This document shows, piece after piece, positions 48,991 through 58,997 of a stretch of 64,000 nt of DNA. This DNA comes from an uncultured Gemmatimonadales bacterium (GTDB taxonomy: Bacteria > Gemmatimonadota > Gemmatimonadetes > Gemmatimonadales > Gemmatimonadaceae). The notes beneath the pieces were generated by a model that saw only the letters and a list, made by a program, of their open reading frames with translations, was not told the DNA's origin and searched no databases. A program made the translations under genes and the position numbers. Position 1 is the first letter of the stretch. Each line of letters starts with the position of its first letter. The stretch lies in NCBI GenBank assembly GCA_963793305.1, contig CAWBZV010000002.1, forward strand, positions 672,001 to 736,000. Direction: 5' to 3'.

Positions 48991-49495
48991 GTGGCGCAGA
49001 CCACGAGCTCGTTCGACGTGACGACCGGGGTCGACCTGCAAGAGGTCGACAACGCCGTCAACCAAGCGCAGAAAGAGATCGCCCAGCGGTACGACTTCAA
49101 GGGCTCCAAGGCGTCCATCGATTTTCGACGCGCCGAGGGGCTCTTGCTCCTCGCGGCCGATGGCGACTTCAAAATGAACGCGCTGTTCAATGTGCTCCAG
49201 TCGAAACTGATTCGGCGCGGTGTCCCGGTCAAAAATCTGGATATCGGCGAGATCAAGCCGGCCGGCGGCGATAGCGTGCGGCGCGAGATCAAGCTCAAGA
49301 CCGCGCTCGATAGCGACACCGCCAAGAAGGTGGTCGCGGCGATCAAGGACGCCAAATTGAAAAAAGTCCAGGCGTCGATTCAAGGCGACCAGGTGCGCGT
49401 GTCGTCGTCCTCGAAGGACGAGCTGCAGGAACGTCATCGCGCTCTTGCGCGGACAGGAGTTCGGCGTCGAGCTCAAATTCGGCAACTACCGCTGA
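48991..49495 (+). CDS. yajQ: YajQ-family nucleotide-binding protein; +1 frameshift near 49430, probably a sequencing error
   Basis: SFDV, QEVDNA, QRYDFKGS, KVQASIQGDQVRV; the typical C-terminus VIALLRGQEFGVELKFGNYR* lies in the shifted frame. Confidence 0.9.
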
Positions 49496-49497
49496 CT

Positions 49498-50875
49498 ATG
49501 CGCGTCGGGGTGGTCACGCTCGGCTGCGACAAGAACACCGTCGACAGCGAGCGGTACCTGGCGGAGTTAGTCGCCCATGGCGCCGAGCCCGTTTCGGATC
49601 TCTCGGCCGCCGAGATCATCGTCGTCAACACCTGCGGCTTCATCGATGCGGCCAAGAAAGAGTCGATCGATGAAATAGTGTCCGCCGCACAATGGAAATC
49701 CCGAGGCTCTTGCCGCGCAGTCGTCGCGGTTGGTTGCATGGTGCAGCGCCACAAGGCCGAGCTGGAAGCAGCCCTCCCGGAGGTCGATCTCTTTTTGGGC
49801 GCTGGCGAAGCCGAGCGCCTTGTGCCCGAGATGGTGGCTCGCGGGTGGCTGGATGGCGAAGCGTATGACCATCCAGGCACGCGCGTATTCGTCGGCGAGC
49901 TCCCGCATGTTCGCTATCTCAAGATCAGCGAGGGCTGCGACCACGGCTGCGCGTTCTGCGCAATCCCGCTCATGCGCGGCAATCACCGGTCGTTTGCGCT
50001 CGAAGACGTGGTCCGGGAAGCGCAGCTGCTGGAGCTGCAAGGCGCGCGCGAGATCAACCTGGTCGCGCAGGACCTGGCTCATTACGGGCGCGATCGACGC
50101 GATGGCGTAGGACTGGCCGAGGTCTTGGACGCACTCGTGGCCGAGACGGGCGTGCCGTGGATCCGAATGCTCTATCTCTACTCGGCCGGCCTGACCCCCG
50201 CCGTGCTCGACCGCCTGGCGCGCTATGATCGCGTCGTGCCGTATCTCGATATGCCCATCCAGCACGGATCGGACGCCGTGCTCGCGCGCATGCGCCGCCC
50301 TGAGCGCGCGGCGACGATTCGCCGCACGGTCGAGCGCGTGCGCGAGGCGGTGCCCGACATCGCGATTCGGACGACCTGCATCGTCGGGTTCCCCGGCGAG
50401 ACGGACGACGACTATCAGCGGCTGCTGGATCTCCTGCAGAGACGTCCAGTTCGACCGCGTCGGCGCGTTCACGTACTCGGCCCAGGAAGGGACTCGCGCG
50501 GCGGAGTTGGCCGACAATGTACCGGAGGCGGTCAAGCACGAGCGGCTGGAGCGACTGACCGAGCTGCAGCGAGGGATCACCGGCGAGCGCTACTCGCGCT
50601 ATGTCGGGACTACTGTCCCAGCTATCGTCGATCGCGTGACGGACAATGGGCTCGAGGCCCGCTTGCAGTGCCAAGCCAATGACATTGACGGCACAACGAT
50701 CATATCTGGCTCTGCTCCCCCTGGCACAATCGTCTCGGTCCGCGTTGACGAAGTCGTTGATGATTATTCTTTCCGCGCCACCCTGCGGGGCGTGGTCAGC
50801 GCGGTGCCGGCGAAAGTGGCAGGAGTGAGGAGATCGCTGCCGGTCGCCGCGAGCATTGGCAGCTGGGGCCGATGA
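49498..50875 (+). CDS. rimO: Ribosomal protein uS12 methylthiotransferase; +1 frameshift near 50440, probably a sequencing error
   Basis: TLGCDKNTVDSE, NTCGFI, CDHGCAFC radical-SAM motif; FDRVGAFTYS and TRAM domain in the shifted frame. Confidence 0.92.
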
Positions 50876-52137
50876 GCTCGACCGAGGTCATGAAACGTGC
50901 ACGCGCGATCTTCCCCGGCGGGGTCAACTCGCCCGTTCGCGCGTTTCGTGGCGTCGGCGGCGAGCCGTTCGTGGTCGCCCGCGGAGAAGGCCCGCGGATC
51001 TGGGATGTCGACGGCCGATCGTACATCGACTACGTCCTCTCCTGGGGCCCGCTCGTACTCGGCCACGCACCACCGGTCGTACTCGATGCTTTGGCCGAGA
51101 CAATGGCGAAGGGCACGAGCTTCGGGATTCCGACGGAGCTGGAGGTACAGCTCGCGGAGGTGATCCGGGAGCGCATGCCCCACCTGGAGATGCTCCGGTT
51201 CGTGTCCAGCGGGACCGAGGCGACTATGTCCGCGATCCGGTTGGCGCGGGCGGCGACCGGGCGTGAGCGTATCCTCAAGTTCGACGGATGCTATCACGGG
51301 CACGCGGACTCGTTCTTGGTCAACGCGGGCTCCGGCGTGGCGACGCTCGGGCTGCCGAACAGCCCCGGCGTTCCCCGCCAGCTGGCGGCGCTCACGCTCA
51401 CCGCTCCGTTCAACGATCTCGCCGCGGTCGACGCGCTCGCCGACGAGTCTCTGGCCGCGATCATCGTCGAGCCGATCGTCGGGAACTCCGGGTACATCGA
51501 GCCGTTGGCTGACTTCCTCCCCGGCCTCCGCCGCGTTGCCGATCGGGTCGGCGCCCTGTTGATATTCGACGAGGTCATGACTGGCTTTCGCATCGCGCCC
51601 GGCGGCGCGCGCGAGCGATTCGGCGTGACCGCCGATCTGACGACATTGGGGAAGGTGATCGGCGGCGGACTCCCGGTCGCGGCGTTCGGCGGCCGGCGCA
51701 ATGTCATGGAGCTCGTCGCGCCGGCTGGGCCCATGTATCAGGCCGGCACACTATCAGGTAACCCCCTCGCTATGGCCGCCGGACTGGCCACGCTGCGCGC
51801 ACTGACGCCCGCGCTACACGACCGCATCGCACGCCGCACGACGACGCTGGTCGACGGGCTGCGCGCCGCCGCGAAGCGGCATGGCGTGCCATTGTCGGCC
51901 GGCGCCGCCGGGACAATGTTCGGCTTCTTCTTCCGGGCCGAGCCGCCGCAGTCGTTTCAACAAGCGCGTACCAGCGATAACGAACGCTTCAAGAAAGTCT
52001 TCCATTACGCTCGCGAGCATGGCGTGTATTTCGCGCCTTCCCCATTCGAGGCGGCGTTCCTGTCGGCGGCGCACGGCGATGACGAAATCGCCGAGACGCT
52101 CGCCGTGTTCGACGCCGCACTGGGCGCGCTGGGATAA
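50872..52137 (+). CDS. hemL: Glutamate-1-semialdehyde 2,1-aminomutase
   Basis: PGGVNSPVRAF, SSGTEA, GCYHGH, FDEVMTGFR, GKVIGGG, YQAGTLSGNP. Confidence 0.97.
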   Translation: MSSTEVMKRARAIFPGGVNSPVRAFRGVGGEPFVVARGEGPRIWDVDGRSYIDYVLSWGPLVLGHAPPVVLDALAETMAKGTSFGIPTELEVQLAEVIRERMPHLEMLRFVSSGTEATMSAIRLARAATGRERILKFDGCYHGHADSFLVNAGSGVATLGLPNSPGVPRQLAALTLTAPFNDLAAVDALADESLAAIIVEPIVGNSGYIEPLADFLPGLRRVADRVGALLIFDEVMTGFRIAPGGARERFGVTADLTTLGKVIGGGLPVAAFGGRRNVMELVAPAGPMYQAGTLSGNPLAMAAGLATLRALTPALHDRIARRTTTLVDGLRAAAKRHGVPLSAGAAGTMFGFFFRAEPPQSFQQARTSDNERFKKVFHYAREHGVYFAPSPFEAAFLSAAHGDDEIAETLAVFDAALGALG

Positions 52138-53339
52138 TGTTCGCCGCGCTGGCCCTTGCCGCCCTTGTCGGCGCCAGCCCGCCGCCAAAAACGGCGCGTA
52201 TCGCGATCGCGAATGGCGTACACGATGGCAACGTGTCGGCGACCGGCACCTGGCTGCTGCTCGCGAGCGCCGGCGCGAAGACGCTCGTGCGGGGCACGGG
52301 CCGGGGTACGTGGACCATCACGAGGCGCTCGGGCGGGAAGCTCCGCGTCACCAACGAGCGGGGTGAGACCGCGACGCGCCCCGGGCCGCTGGTGGCGCGT
52401 GCGACCGGCGATGGCGTGTTCGTCACCTGGAACGGCAAGCGCTATCGCGGCGAGCTCGAAATCCGCGCCACGAGCGAGGGACTGCTCGTCATCAATCGGC
52501 TCCAGGTCGAAGACTATCTGCGTGGGGTGATCCCGCTCGAGCTCGGCGACATCACCGACGCCGAGCTCGCGGCGATGGAGGCACAAGCGGTGGCCGCGCG
52601 CAGCTACACCTACGTGCGCCTCGCCGATCCCGATCTTCGCCGCCGCGCGTATGACCTCGTGGCGACGACCACGGATCAGGTGTACGGCGGCGCGGGGGCC
52701 GAGTCGCGGCTCGGGGACGAAGCGGTGCAGCAGACGACGGGTGAGGTGATCCGGTACAACGGCCGGATCGTCAACGCGCCGTACTTCGCGGCCTGCGGCG
52801 GGATGACGGCGGCGGCGTCGGAGATCTGGCGAGAAGGGGATCTCCCCTATCTCCGCCCCGTCAGTGACCTCATTCCCGGGAGCGGTGGTCAATACTACTG
52901 CCAAGGGTCGTCGAAATTTCGGTGGTCCCGAACGTTCAGCGGGCCACAGCTGGAGACGGTCCTCGAGACATACTTGCACCGTCACGCCGGAAGCCTCGGG
53001 GCGGTCAAGACCGTGATCGCTGACGGGCCGACGCCGTCGGGTCGCGTGGCGTCGCTCACGCTGGTGACCGATCGGAACTATTACAAGTTCCGCGGGAATG
53101 AGATTCGAAGCGTGCTGCGCTCGCCGAATGGCGAGATCCTGAACTCGACCTATTTTGAGCTTGATGTCGATGGCGGCACGAACGGACACGTCGAGTCGCT
53201 CACGCTGCGCGGGCTCGGAAACGGACACGGAGTCGGGATGTGCCAGGCGGGAGCGATCGGCCGAGCGCGCGCGGGCCAGGACTATCGGACGATCCTCGAG
53301 ACGTACTATCCGGGGACGGTCGTTGCGACTGTGGATTAG
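52137..53339 (+). CDS. SpoIID/LytB domain protein (lytic transglycosylase-like)
   Basis: YRGEL, EDYLRGVIPLE, AQAVAARSY, DQVYGG, GHGVGMCQ. Confidence 0.92.
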   Translation: MFAALALAALVGASPPPKTARIAIANGVHDGNVSATGTWLLLASAGAKTLVRGTGRGTWTITRRSGGKLRVTNERGETATRPGPLVARATGDGVFVTWNGKRYRGELEIRATSEGLLVINRLQVEDYLRGVIPLELGDITDAELAAMEAQAVAARSYTYVRLADPDLRRRAYDLVATTTDQVYGGAGAESRLGDEAVQQTTGEVIRYNGRIVNAPYFAACGGMTAAASEIWREGDLPYLRPVSDLIPGSGGQYYCQGSSKFRWSRTFSGPQLETVLETYLHRHAGSLGAVKTVIADGPTPSGRVASLTLVTDRNYYKFRGNEIRSVLRSPNGEILNSTYFELDVDGGTNGHVESLTLRGLGNGHGVGMCQAGAIGRARAGQDYRTILETYYPGTVVATVD

Positions 53340-54120
53340 CTTCTTTCTGCTGTGCGTCACCCTTCGGGTGAACGCAGCAGGTGCCCAGGACACCACGGCA
53401 GCCGCTCGTAGGGATAGCACGGTACGGGACACGACGGTCCGGCGTGATACGACGGTCCGGCGCGATTCGACAGTCCGGCGCGATTCGACGACGACGCAGG
53501 CGGCGCAGCCGCCACGCAAGCGAGAGTCGCTGGCGCAGTATCTCGATCTGGACAAGCTGCGCCTCGATGGCCTGGAGGCCGCCAGCGGCATTGCCATGCC
53601 CAATCAGATCCAGACCGCGGCGATCTATTCCGTCGAAGCCGACTACGGTGAGCTCGTTCCGCACTGGCGGCTATTTTTCGGCGCCGCGGTCTGGTCGTCG
53701 CATTTTAGTGACGCGGCGGTGCGGAACCTGATCAATACGATCTACTCGAACAGCGTGACCCGTCCCAACCCCGCGGATACGCTTCGGTACCGACAGATCT
53801 CGATCGCCGACGTGATCCTGAACATCGACGCCCGATACTCTCCGCTCCGCGCGCAGAGCTTTCTACGGCCGTATTTGAGTCTCGGCGTCGGGGTGAACGT
53901 GCAGGACGCCTCGGGGGCCGCCATCCGCGGGACGATCATCCAGAAGCAGCTCGATGGCCTCTCGCCGGGGCTGGCGGCCGCGGGCGGTCTCGAGGTGAGG
54001 CTCGCGCGGTGGCTCATCGCCGACGGCCAGGCCCGATATGACGTCCTGAGCGGTGACCGGTTCGCGAGCTTCCGCGGCGGCATCCGATATCTCTTTCAGC
54101 CCGAACGGAGGGCCCGGTGA
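53323..54120 (+). CDS. Putative outer-membrane beta-barrel protein with N-terminal RRD(S/T)TV repeats
   Basis: Signal peptide from TTG 53323; RPYLSLGVG; terminal GGIRYLF strand. Confidence 0.65.
   Translation: MRLWISFFLLCVTLRVNAAGAQDTTAAARRDSTVRDTTVRRDTTVRRDSTVRRDSTTTQAAQPPRKRESLAQYLDLDKLRLDGLEAASGIAMPNQIQTAAIYSVEADYGELVPHWRLFFGAAVWSSHFSDAAVRNLINTIYSNSVTRPNPADTLRYRQISIADVILNIDARYSPLRAQSFLRPYLSLGVGVNVQDASGAAIRGTIIQKQLDGLSPGLAAAGGLEVRLARWLIADGQARYDVLSGDRFASFRGGIRYLFQPERRAR
53407..53490 (+). repeat. Imperfect 18-bp coding tandem repeat, about 5 copies
   Basis: CGGCGYGATWCGACRGTC-like units encoding RRDSTV/RRDTTV. Confidence 0.8.
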
Positions 54121-55133
54121 GTCCAACAAACCCTCCTGCTCTCAAGCTCGGCGTCCTCGGCGTCGGCGCGATCGCGCAGCTCGCGCATCTGCCCGTGCTC
54201 GCCAAGATGCGCGGCGTCGAGGTCGTCGCGTTGTGCGACAGCGACGGCCCGAAGGCCCGGTCGCTCGCCGACCGGTTCCAGGTGCGGGACGTCTACACCG
54301 ACATCGACGATCTGCTGGAATTCGACGAGCTGGACGCCGTCGTCATCGCGACACCCAATCACCTGCACGAGCCGCAGACGTTGCGAGCACTGGCCGCGGG
54401 AGTGCACGTCTTCTGCGAGAGGCCGCTGGCTCTCAGCGCACGCGGTGTGGAACGCATCCTGGCTGCCTCCTCGAGAGCAGAGAAAAAAGTCGTCGTCGCC
54501 AACAACCACCGGTTCCGAAGCGATGTGCAGACGCTGCAACGGTTCCTGAGCGGAGGCGAGCTCGGTCGCTTGCTCGGCATTCGTGCGGGATCATATCAAG
54601 TGAGCCGGCCGTCGGAAGGGTGGCGGTCCCGTCGACCAGAGGCCGGTGGTGGCGTGTTCTTCGAGCACGGCATTCCGCTCCTCGACTTGGCCCTCTGGTT
54701 GGCCGATTTCCCCGATCCCGTACGCGTGACGGCCCACATGGATCGCGGGCGCGGGGCCAATACGGTCGAGGACACGCTGCTCGTGCATCTGGAGTGCGCG
54801 CAGGGGCTTTCGCTGTCATTCGACCTGTCGTGGTCGTACGTCGGCGAGGAAGACCGCTGGTGGTTCGAGGTGCTGTCGACACGCGGCAGCGCGCGCCTGG
54901 CGCCGCTCCGGGTCGTGAAGTCCCTGAATGGCCGGCCGACCGACGTGTCGCCGACCGGCGCGGCCGCGCGCGAAAGTGTGTTCATCCAGTCGTATCGCGC
55001 CGAGCTCGCGCATCTCGTGGCGCTCGTGCGGGACGAGACCAAGTACGAGCCGCCAATGGACCAAATGGTCGTGCATAAGATCGCCGAGGCGATCTACAAG
55101 TCGGCGGACGAGGGCAAAGAGATCAAGCTGTGA
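54117..55133 (+). CDS. Gfo/Idh/MocA-family oxidoreductase
   Basis: GVLGVGAIA, IATPNHLH, HVFCERP, GGGVFFEHG. Confidence 0.9.
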   Translation: MSPTNPPALKLGVLGVGAIAQLAHLPVLAKMRGVEVVALCDSDGPKARSLADRFQVRDVYTDIDDLLEFDELDAVVIATPNHLHEPQTLRALAAGVHVFCERPLALSARGVERILAASSRAEKKVVVANNHRFRSDVQTLQRFLSGGELGRLLGIRAGSYQVSRPSEGWRSRRPEAGGGVFFEHGIPLLDLALWLADFPDPVRVTAHMDRGRGANTVEDTLLVHLECAQGLSLSFDLSWSYVGEEDRWWFEVLSTRGSARLAPLRVVKSLNGRPTDVSPTGAAARESVFIQSYRAELAHLVALVRDETKYEPPMDQMVVHKIAEAIYKSADEGKEIKL

Positions 55134-56665
55134 CGCTCCGGCCCTCGCGCTCCGAGTTGATTGTGGCGGGTGGGTCGGCGCTGCTGTTCGCGCTGACCTT
55201 TCCGCCATTTGGCCTGCTCGTTCCCGCCTTTGTCTGCCTCGTGCCACTCGCGGTCGGCGTTGCGCGCGTCGCTGATAGTTCCGAGGGGACGATCGGCAGC
55301 GCCGCTCGTATCGGCCTCTGGTTCTGTCTGTTGGGCTATGGTGCGAACCTCTATTGGATCGCCGTTGCGCTGTCGATCTTCACCTGGCTGGCGAGCCTCG
55401 GCTATGTCGCTGCACTGGTATGGTTGGCGCCCTGGTTTGCGCTCACCACCGCGGTCCTGTTCGCCTCACGCCGACTGACGCGATGGCCGATGGCGATTCT
55501 GCTGCCCGTCGTCTGGGTTACTTCGGAGCTCGTGCTGCTGCATCTCGGCGACCTGGCGTTCCCGTGGCTCCCGCTCGGACTCGGCGTCTCGACGTTTCCT
55601 CATTTCGCGCAACTCGCCAATGTCAGCGGGGTCCATGGCTTGACCGCATGGCTCGCCCTATCGAATGGCCTTCTGGCCAATGCGCTCGTGACCAAGCGTC
55701 GCGTGGTCGCCCGTGTAGCCGCCGTCGTCGTCCTGGCGGTCGCAGTATATGGCTACGGCGCGTGGCGACTGAGAACCACGACGCTGGTGCCACTTGGCCG
55801 CGTCACCGTGGTCCAGCCCAACGTCCCGGAGGACGAGAAGATCCAGGAGGCCAATCGGCCTTTTTTTATGGGCATGATGGCCCGCGACACGAGAGCCGCC
55901 GTGGCGCCTCTGGCGGACAAACCGGCGCTGATCGTCTGGCCCGAAGCCTCGCTCCCCGATTTCCTGCCGCAACACGCCGAGTGGCGTGACTCATTGCGCG
56001 CCCTGGCGGCGGTGACGCACGCGCCAGTGTTGTTCGGTGTGCTCAATGTCACGTGGTCATCGCGGACCGCGTACGAGATCTACAACGCGGCCGAGCTGGC
56101 CGAGCCGGATGGCATCATCCTTCAGCCATCGTACCACAAAGAGTATTTGGTCCCGATCGTCGAGCGCGTGCCGTTCGTCAACCCGCAATGGTTCGAAGGA
56201 CTCAAGTACTTCGGGGGATTCGGACGAGGCCATGATCCCCAGCCGTATCGGATCCCACTCGGCAAAGTCGGTGTCTTGATCTGCTACGAGTCGATTTTTC
56301 CCGACCTGTCGAGACAATATCGACGCGATAGCGCGGATATCCTGGCCAACATCACGAATGACGCCTGGTTCGGTCGCAGCCTCGCGCCGTATCAACACGT
56401 GGCGAATCTGCGGCTCCGCGCCATCGAGAATCGCGTCGGCATTGTCCGCGCCGCGAACACTGGCATCTCCGAATACGTCGATCCGCTCGGCCGCGTGCAC
56501 GGCGCCACCGGACTATTCGTAGCGGCAGCGCCGACGTTCAATGTCGCGACGACGCATGTGCGGACGTTGTATGTGCGCTGGGGCGATTGGATCGGGACAC
56601 TCGCGGCGGTGCTGACGCTCGCGCTCTGCGTCGCGGCGTACGTAACGAAGCGATCACGTCGCTAG
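55130..56665 (+). CDS. lnt: Apolipoprotein N-acyltransferase
   Basis: FPWLPLG, VQPN, VWPEAS, YHKEYLVPIVE, LICYES, NITNDAWFG, RAANTGIS. Confidence 0.95.
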   Translation: MTLRPSRSELIVAGGSALLFALTFPPFGLLVPAFVCLVPLAVGVARVADSSEGTIGSAARIGLWFCLLGYGANLYWIAVALSIFTWLASLGYVAALVWLAPWFALTTAVLFASRRLTRWPMAILLPVVWVTSELVLLHLGDLAFPWLPLGLGVSTFPHFAQLANVSGVHGLTAWLALSNGLLANALVTKRRVVARVAAVVVLAVAVYGYGAWRLRTTTLVPLGRVTVVQPNVPEDEKIQEANRPFFMGMMARDTRAAVAPLADKPALIVWPEASLPDFLPQHAEWRDSLRALAAVTHAPVLFGVLNVTWSSRTAYEIYNAAELAEPDGIILQPSYHKEYLVPIVERVPFVNPQWFEGLKYFGGFGRGHDPQPYRIPLGKVGVLICYESIFPDLSRQYRRDSADILANITNDAWFGRSLAPYQHVANLRLRAIENRVGIVRAANTGISEYVDPLGRVHGATGLFVAAAPTFNVATTHVRTLYVRWGDWIGTLAAVLTLALCVAAYVTKRSRR

Positions 56666-56697
56666 CAGTCGCTGCGACGCGGGCCAGAATTCAAGGC

Positions 56698-57204
56698 ATG
56701 AGGACTATCGTCTTTGCGCTGGTGCTGCTGCTGGCGAGTCACACCGCCGCGGCTCAAGGGAAGCCCGAGCTCGGGCCGTGCGCGGGGGCCGACGTGCTCG
56801 ATTCCGCGACGAAGGCCAGCATCGTCGCCAAGCCTGACCGGAAGCCCCGCCGCCAGGACAACGGCGTCATGCCCATGGTCCAGGACATGAAGTTTCACAC
56901 CCTGACGCAGCTGGATCTGGACAAAGAGACGGACGGGGGTGGGCCGCGGAAATGGGTGGTGATCACCGGCGTCGTCGATACGACCGGACACATCGATCCC
57001 AAGACCGCGATCGTCACGCAGTCATCGAGCGTCGGGCTCACGCATGCGGTCTGCGATGCGTGGGTCAAGATGGCGTTCAGCCCCGCCATGTCCCACGGGC
57101 AGAAGGTGCCGGCAATGTACCAGGAGCGGTTCATCTTCGAGCAAGGGGTCTCCGACATCAATAGCAGCAACCCACTCAGCCCCGGCGGTGGCGACCGCCA
57201 CTAG
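56698..57204 (+). CDS. Exported protein with TonB C-terminal-like domain
   Basis: Signal peptide (AAA-Q); VVITGVVDTTG and FSPAMSHGQKVP resemble TonB_C. Confidence 0.55.
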   Translation: MRTIVFALVLLLASHTAAAQGKPELGPCAGADVLDSATKASIVAKPDRKPRRQDNGVMPMVQDMKFHTLTQLDLDKETDGGGPRKWVVITGVVDTTGHIDPKTAIVTQSSSVGLTHAVCDAWVKMAFSPAMSHGQKVPAMYQERFIFEQGVSDINSSNPLSPGGGDRH

Positions 57205-58997
57205 AGCACGTAGACGCGTGCCGAGATAAAGGTGTGCAGCAGGTCGGCATCGAGCTCGCCGGCCTTCGCCTCCCGCTGCAAGATCTCGAGCGCCAGCTCG
57301 GGGCTCACCGCCCGCTTATAGGGCCGGTCCGCCGCCGTCAGCGCGTCGTAGATATCGGCGATCGTCATGATCCGTGCTTGTACGGGAATCGCGTCGCCGG
57401 CGATCGCGCGCGGGTATCCGTGGCCGTTCAGCTTCTCGTGGTGCGCGAACGCGATCTCCGGCACATGGCGGAGCTCGCGCGTCCACGGGATCCGCTGCAG
57501 GAACCGATAGGTGTGCGTCACATGTGACTCGATTTCCCGGCGCTCGTGCTCGTCGAGCGTGCCGCGCGCGATCGAGAGCCACCGCTGCTCGTCGCTCGTC
57601 AGCACCGGCCGGCACTCACCGTCGAGATCCTGGTACGTCAACGAGGCCACCGCCGCCAGCGCATCGTTCTGCCGCTTGTCGTCGAGCGACGGCTCGTTGG
57701 CCGAGAGCACGGCCTGAAAGAGCCGGTCCAACTCGGCGCGCGCCGCGTCGTCGGCCGTCTGAGCGAGCACCGCGAATCGCAGGCGAATGAGGTCGACGTT
57801 CAACGGGTAGAGTTTTTTCTGCTTGACGAGCACCTGCTCGCGCACGCCGACTTTGCCGAAGTCGTGGAGCAGACCGGCGTAGCGCAGCTCCCGCAGCTGC
57901 TCGCGGGAAAACCGGACGCGACCCCCGCGGTCCACGACCTCGGCCAGCGCAACGCTCATCTGCGCCACGCGCGAGGAATGACCGTACGTCGTCGGATCGC
58001 GCGACTCGATCGCCGTCACGGCCGCCGTCACGAAACCCTCGAACAGGCGCTCAATGTCTTCGTACAGAAGACTGTTCTCGATCGCGACCGCGCCCTGGGA
58101 GGCGAGCGCCGTCACGAGCTCGACCGACCGGTGGTCGTAGGGGATCACCTCGCGCGCCGTGATCTCCGGATCGCTGAGTCGGGTGTCCGCTCCACGTTTG
58201 CGATTGAGGAGCTGCAGCACGCCGACGACCTCGTCCCGGTGCGTCTTCATCGGGAGCACGAGCATCGACTTGGTGCGATAGCCGAACTTCTCGTCGAAGG
58301 TTCGGTTCTGCTTGTAGGTCACGTCGCCCGGCAGCAGATACACGTCGTCGATGACCAGCGCTTCGCCGGTCGCCGCGGCATATCCGGCAAGGCTTCCGTG
58401 GTCGATCGGGACGGTAAACTCCCCAAGAGGCAAGTTCGGCAGTGAGAAATTCTGCGAGAGTTTGAACTTGAGACTGGTGGGGTTGCCGTCCTCGGTACGC
58501 TCCACGAGATAGATGGACCCCGCGTCGCTGTCGGAGATGCGCCGCGCCTGCGTGAGGATCTTTTCGAGCAGCGTCAGGAGATTGCGCTCGGTGGAGAGCG
58601 CCACGCCGATGTGCGTGAGATCGGTCAGCTCGCGATAGCGTCGGGCCTCGGAGGCACGGGCCGCTTGCACCGTCAACAACGCGGCGGCGTGACGAAATGC
58701 GCCGCGCAGCTGGGCGATGACCGTATTGCGGGAAGCGTCGGCCGGGATGTAGCTCGCGATCAGGTCGACCGGGACATCGTCATCGTCCGCGGACCCACGG
58801 GCGACGAGAGCGACCGACTCGGCGATCGCCGCGAGGGCGGGTCGATCGCGCCAGGCGGTCGCGTCGACAACGACGACCGTCGGGCGCCCGGGTTCGAGCG
58901 CCGTCGCCGCCGGCACTGAGCGAACGCGGCGCACCTCGACGTCGAAGCCGGGCAGGTCGGGGAGACCCTGCCCGGCGACGATTAAAAGCGGTTTCAG
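57201..58997 (-). CDS. GAF plus HD-GYP cyclic-dinucleotide phosphodiesterase (start CTG 58997 or GTG 58934)
   Basis: GAF (DAGSIYL, YRTKSML, GVLQLLN); HSSRVA, LHDFGK, HHEKLNGHGYP, IADIYDALT, RPYK. Confidence 0.92.
   Translation of the reverse strand: MKPLLIVAGQGLPDLPGFDVEVRRVRSVPAATALEPGRPTVVVVDATAWRDRPALAAIAESVALVARGSADDDDVPVDLIASYIPADASRNTVIAQLRGAFRHAAALLTVQAARASEARRYRELTDLTHIGVALSTERNLLTLLEKILTQARRISDSDAGSIYLVERTEDGNPTSLKFKLSQNFSLPNLPLGEFTVPIDHGSLAGYAAATGEALVIDDVYLLPGDVTYKQNRTFDEKFGYRTKSMLVLPMKTHRDEVVGVLQLLNRKRGADTRLSDPEITAREVIPYDHRSVELVTALASQGAVAIENSLLYEDIERLFEGFVTAAVTAIESRDPTTYGHSSRVAQMSVALAEVVDRGGRVRFSREQLRELRYAGLLHDFGKVGVREQVLVKQKKLYPLNVDLIRLRFAVLAQTADDAARAELDRLFQAVLSANEPSLDDKRQNDALAAVASLTYQDLDGECRPVLTSDEQRWLSIARGTLDEHERREIESHVTHTYRFLQRIPWTRELRHVPEIAFAHHEKLNGHGYPRAIAGDAIPVQARIMTIADIYDALTAADRPYKRAVSPELALEILQREAKAGELDADLLHTFISARVYVL

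Noticed and set aside
48991..50682. Apparent YajQ-RimO fusion (563-aa ORF)
   Set aside because: Created by a one-base insertion near 49430; the normal YajQ C-terminus and stop (49495) and the RimO ATG (49498) are both present
53407..53490. Tandem repeat as a CRISPR array
   Set aside because: No spacers, in-frame coding repeat, no cas genes
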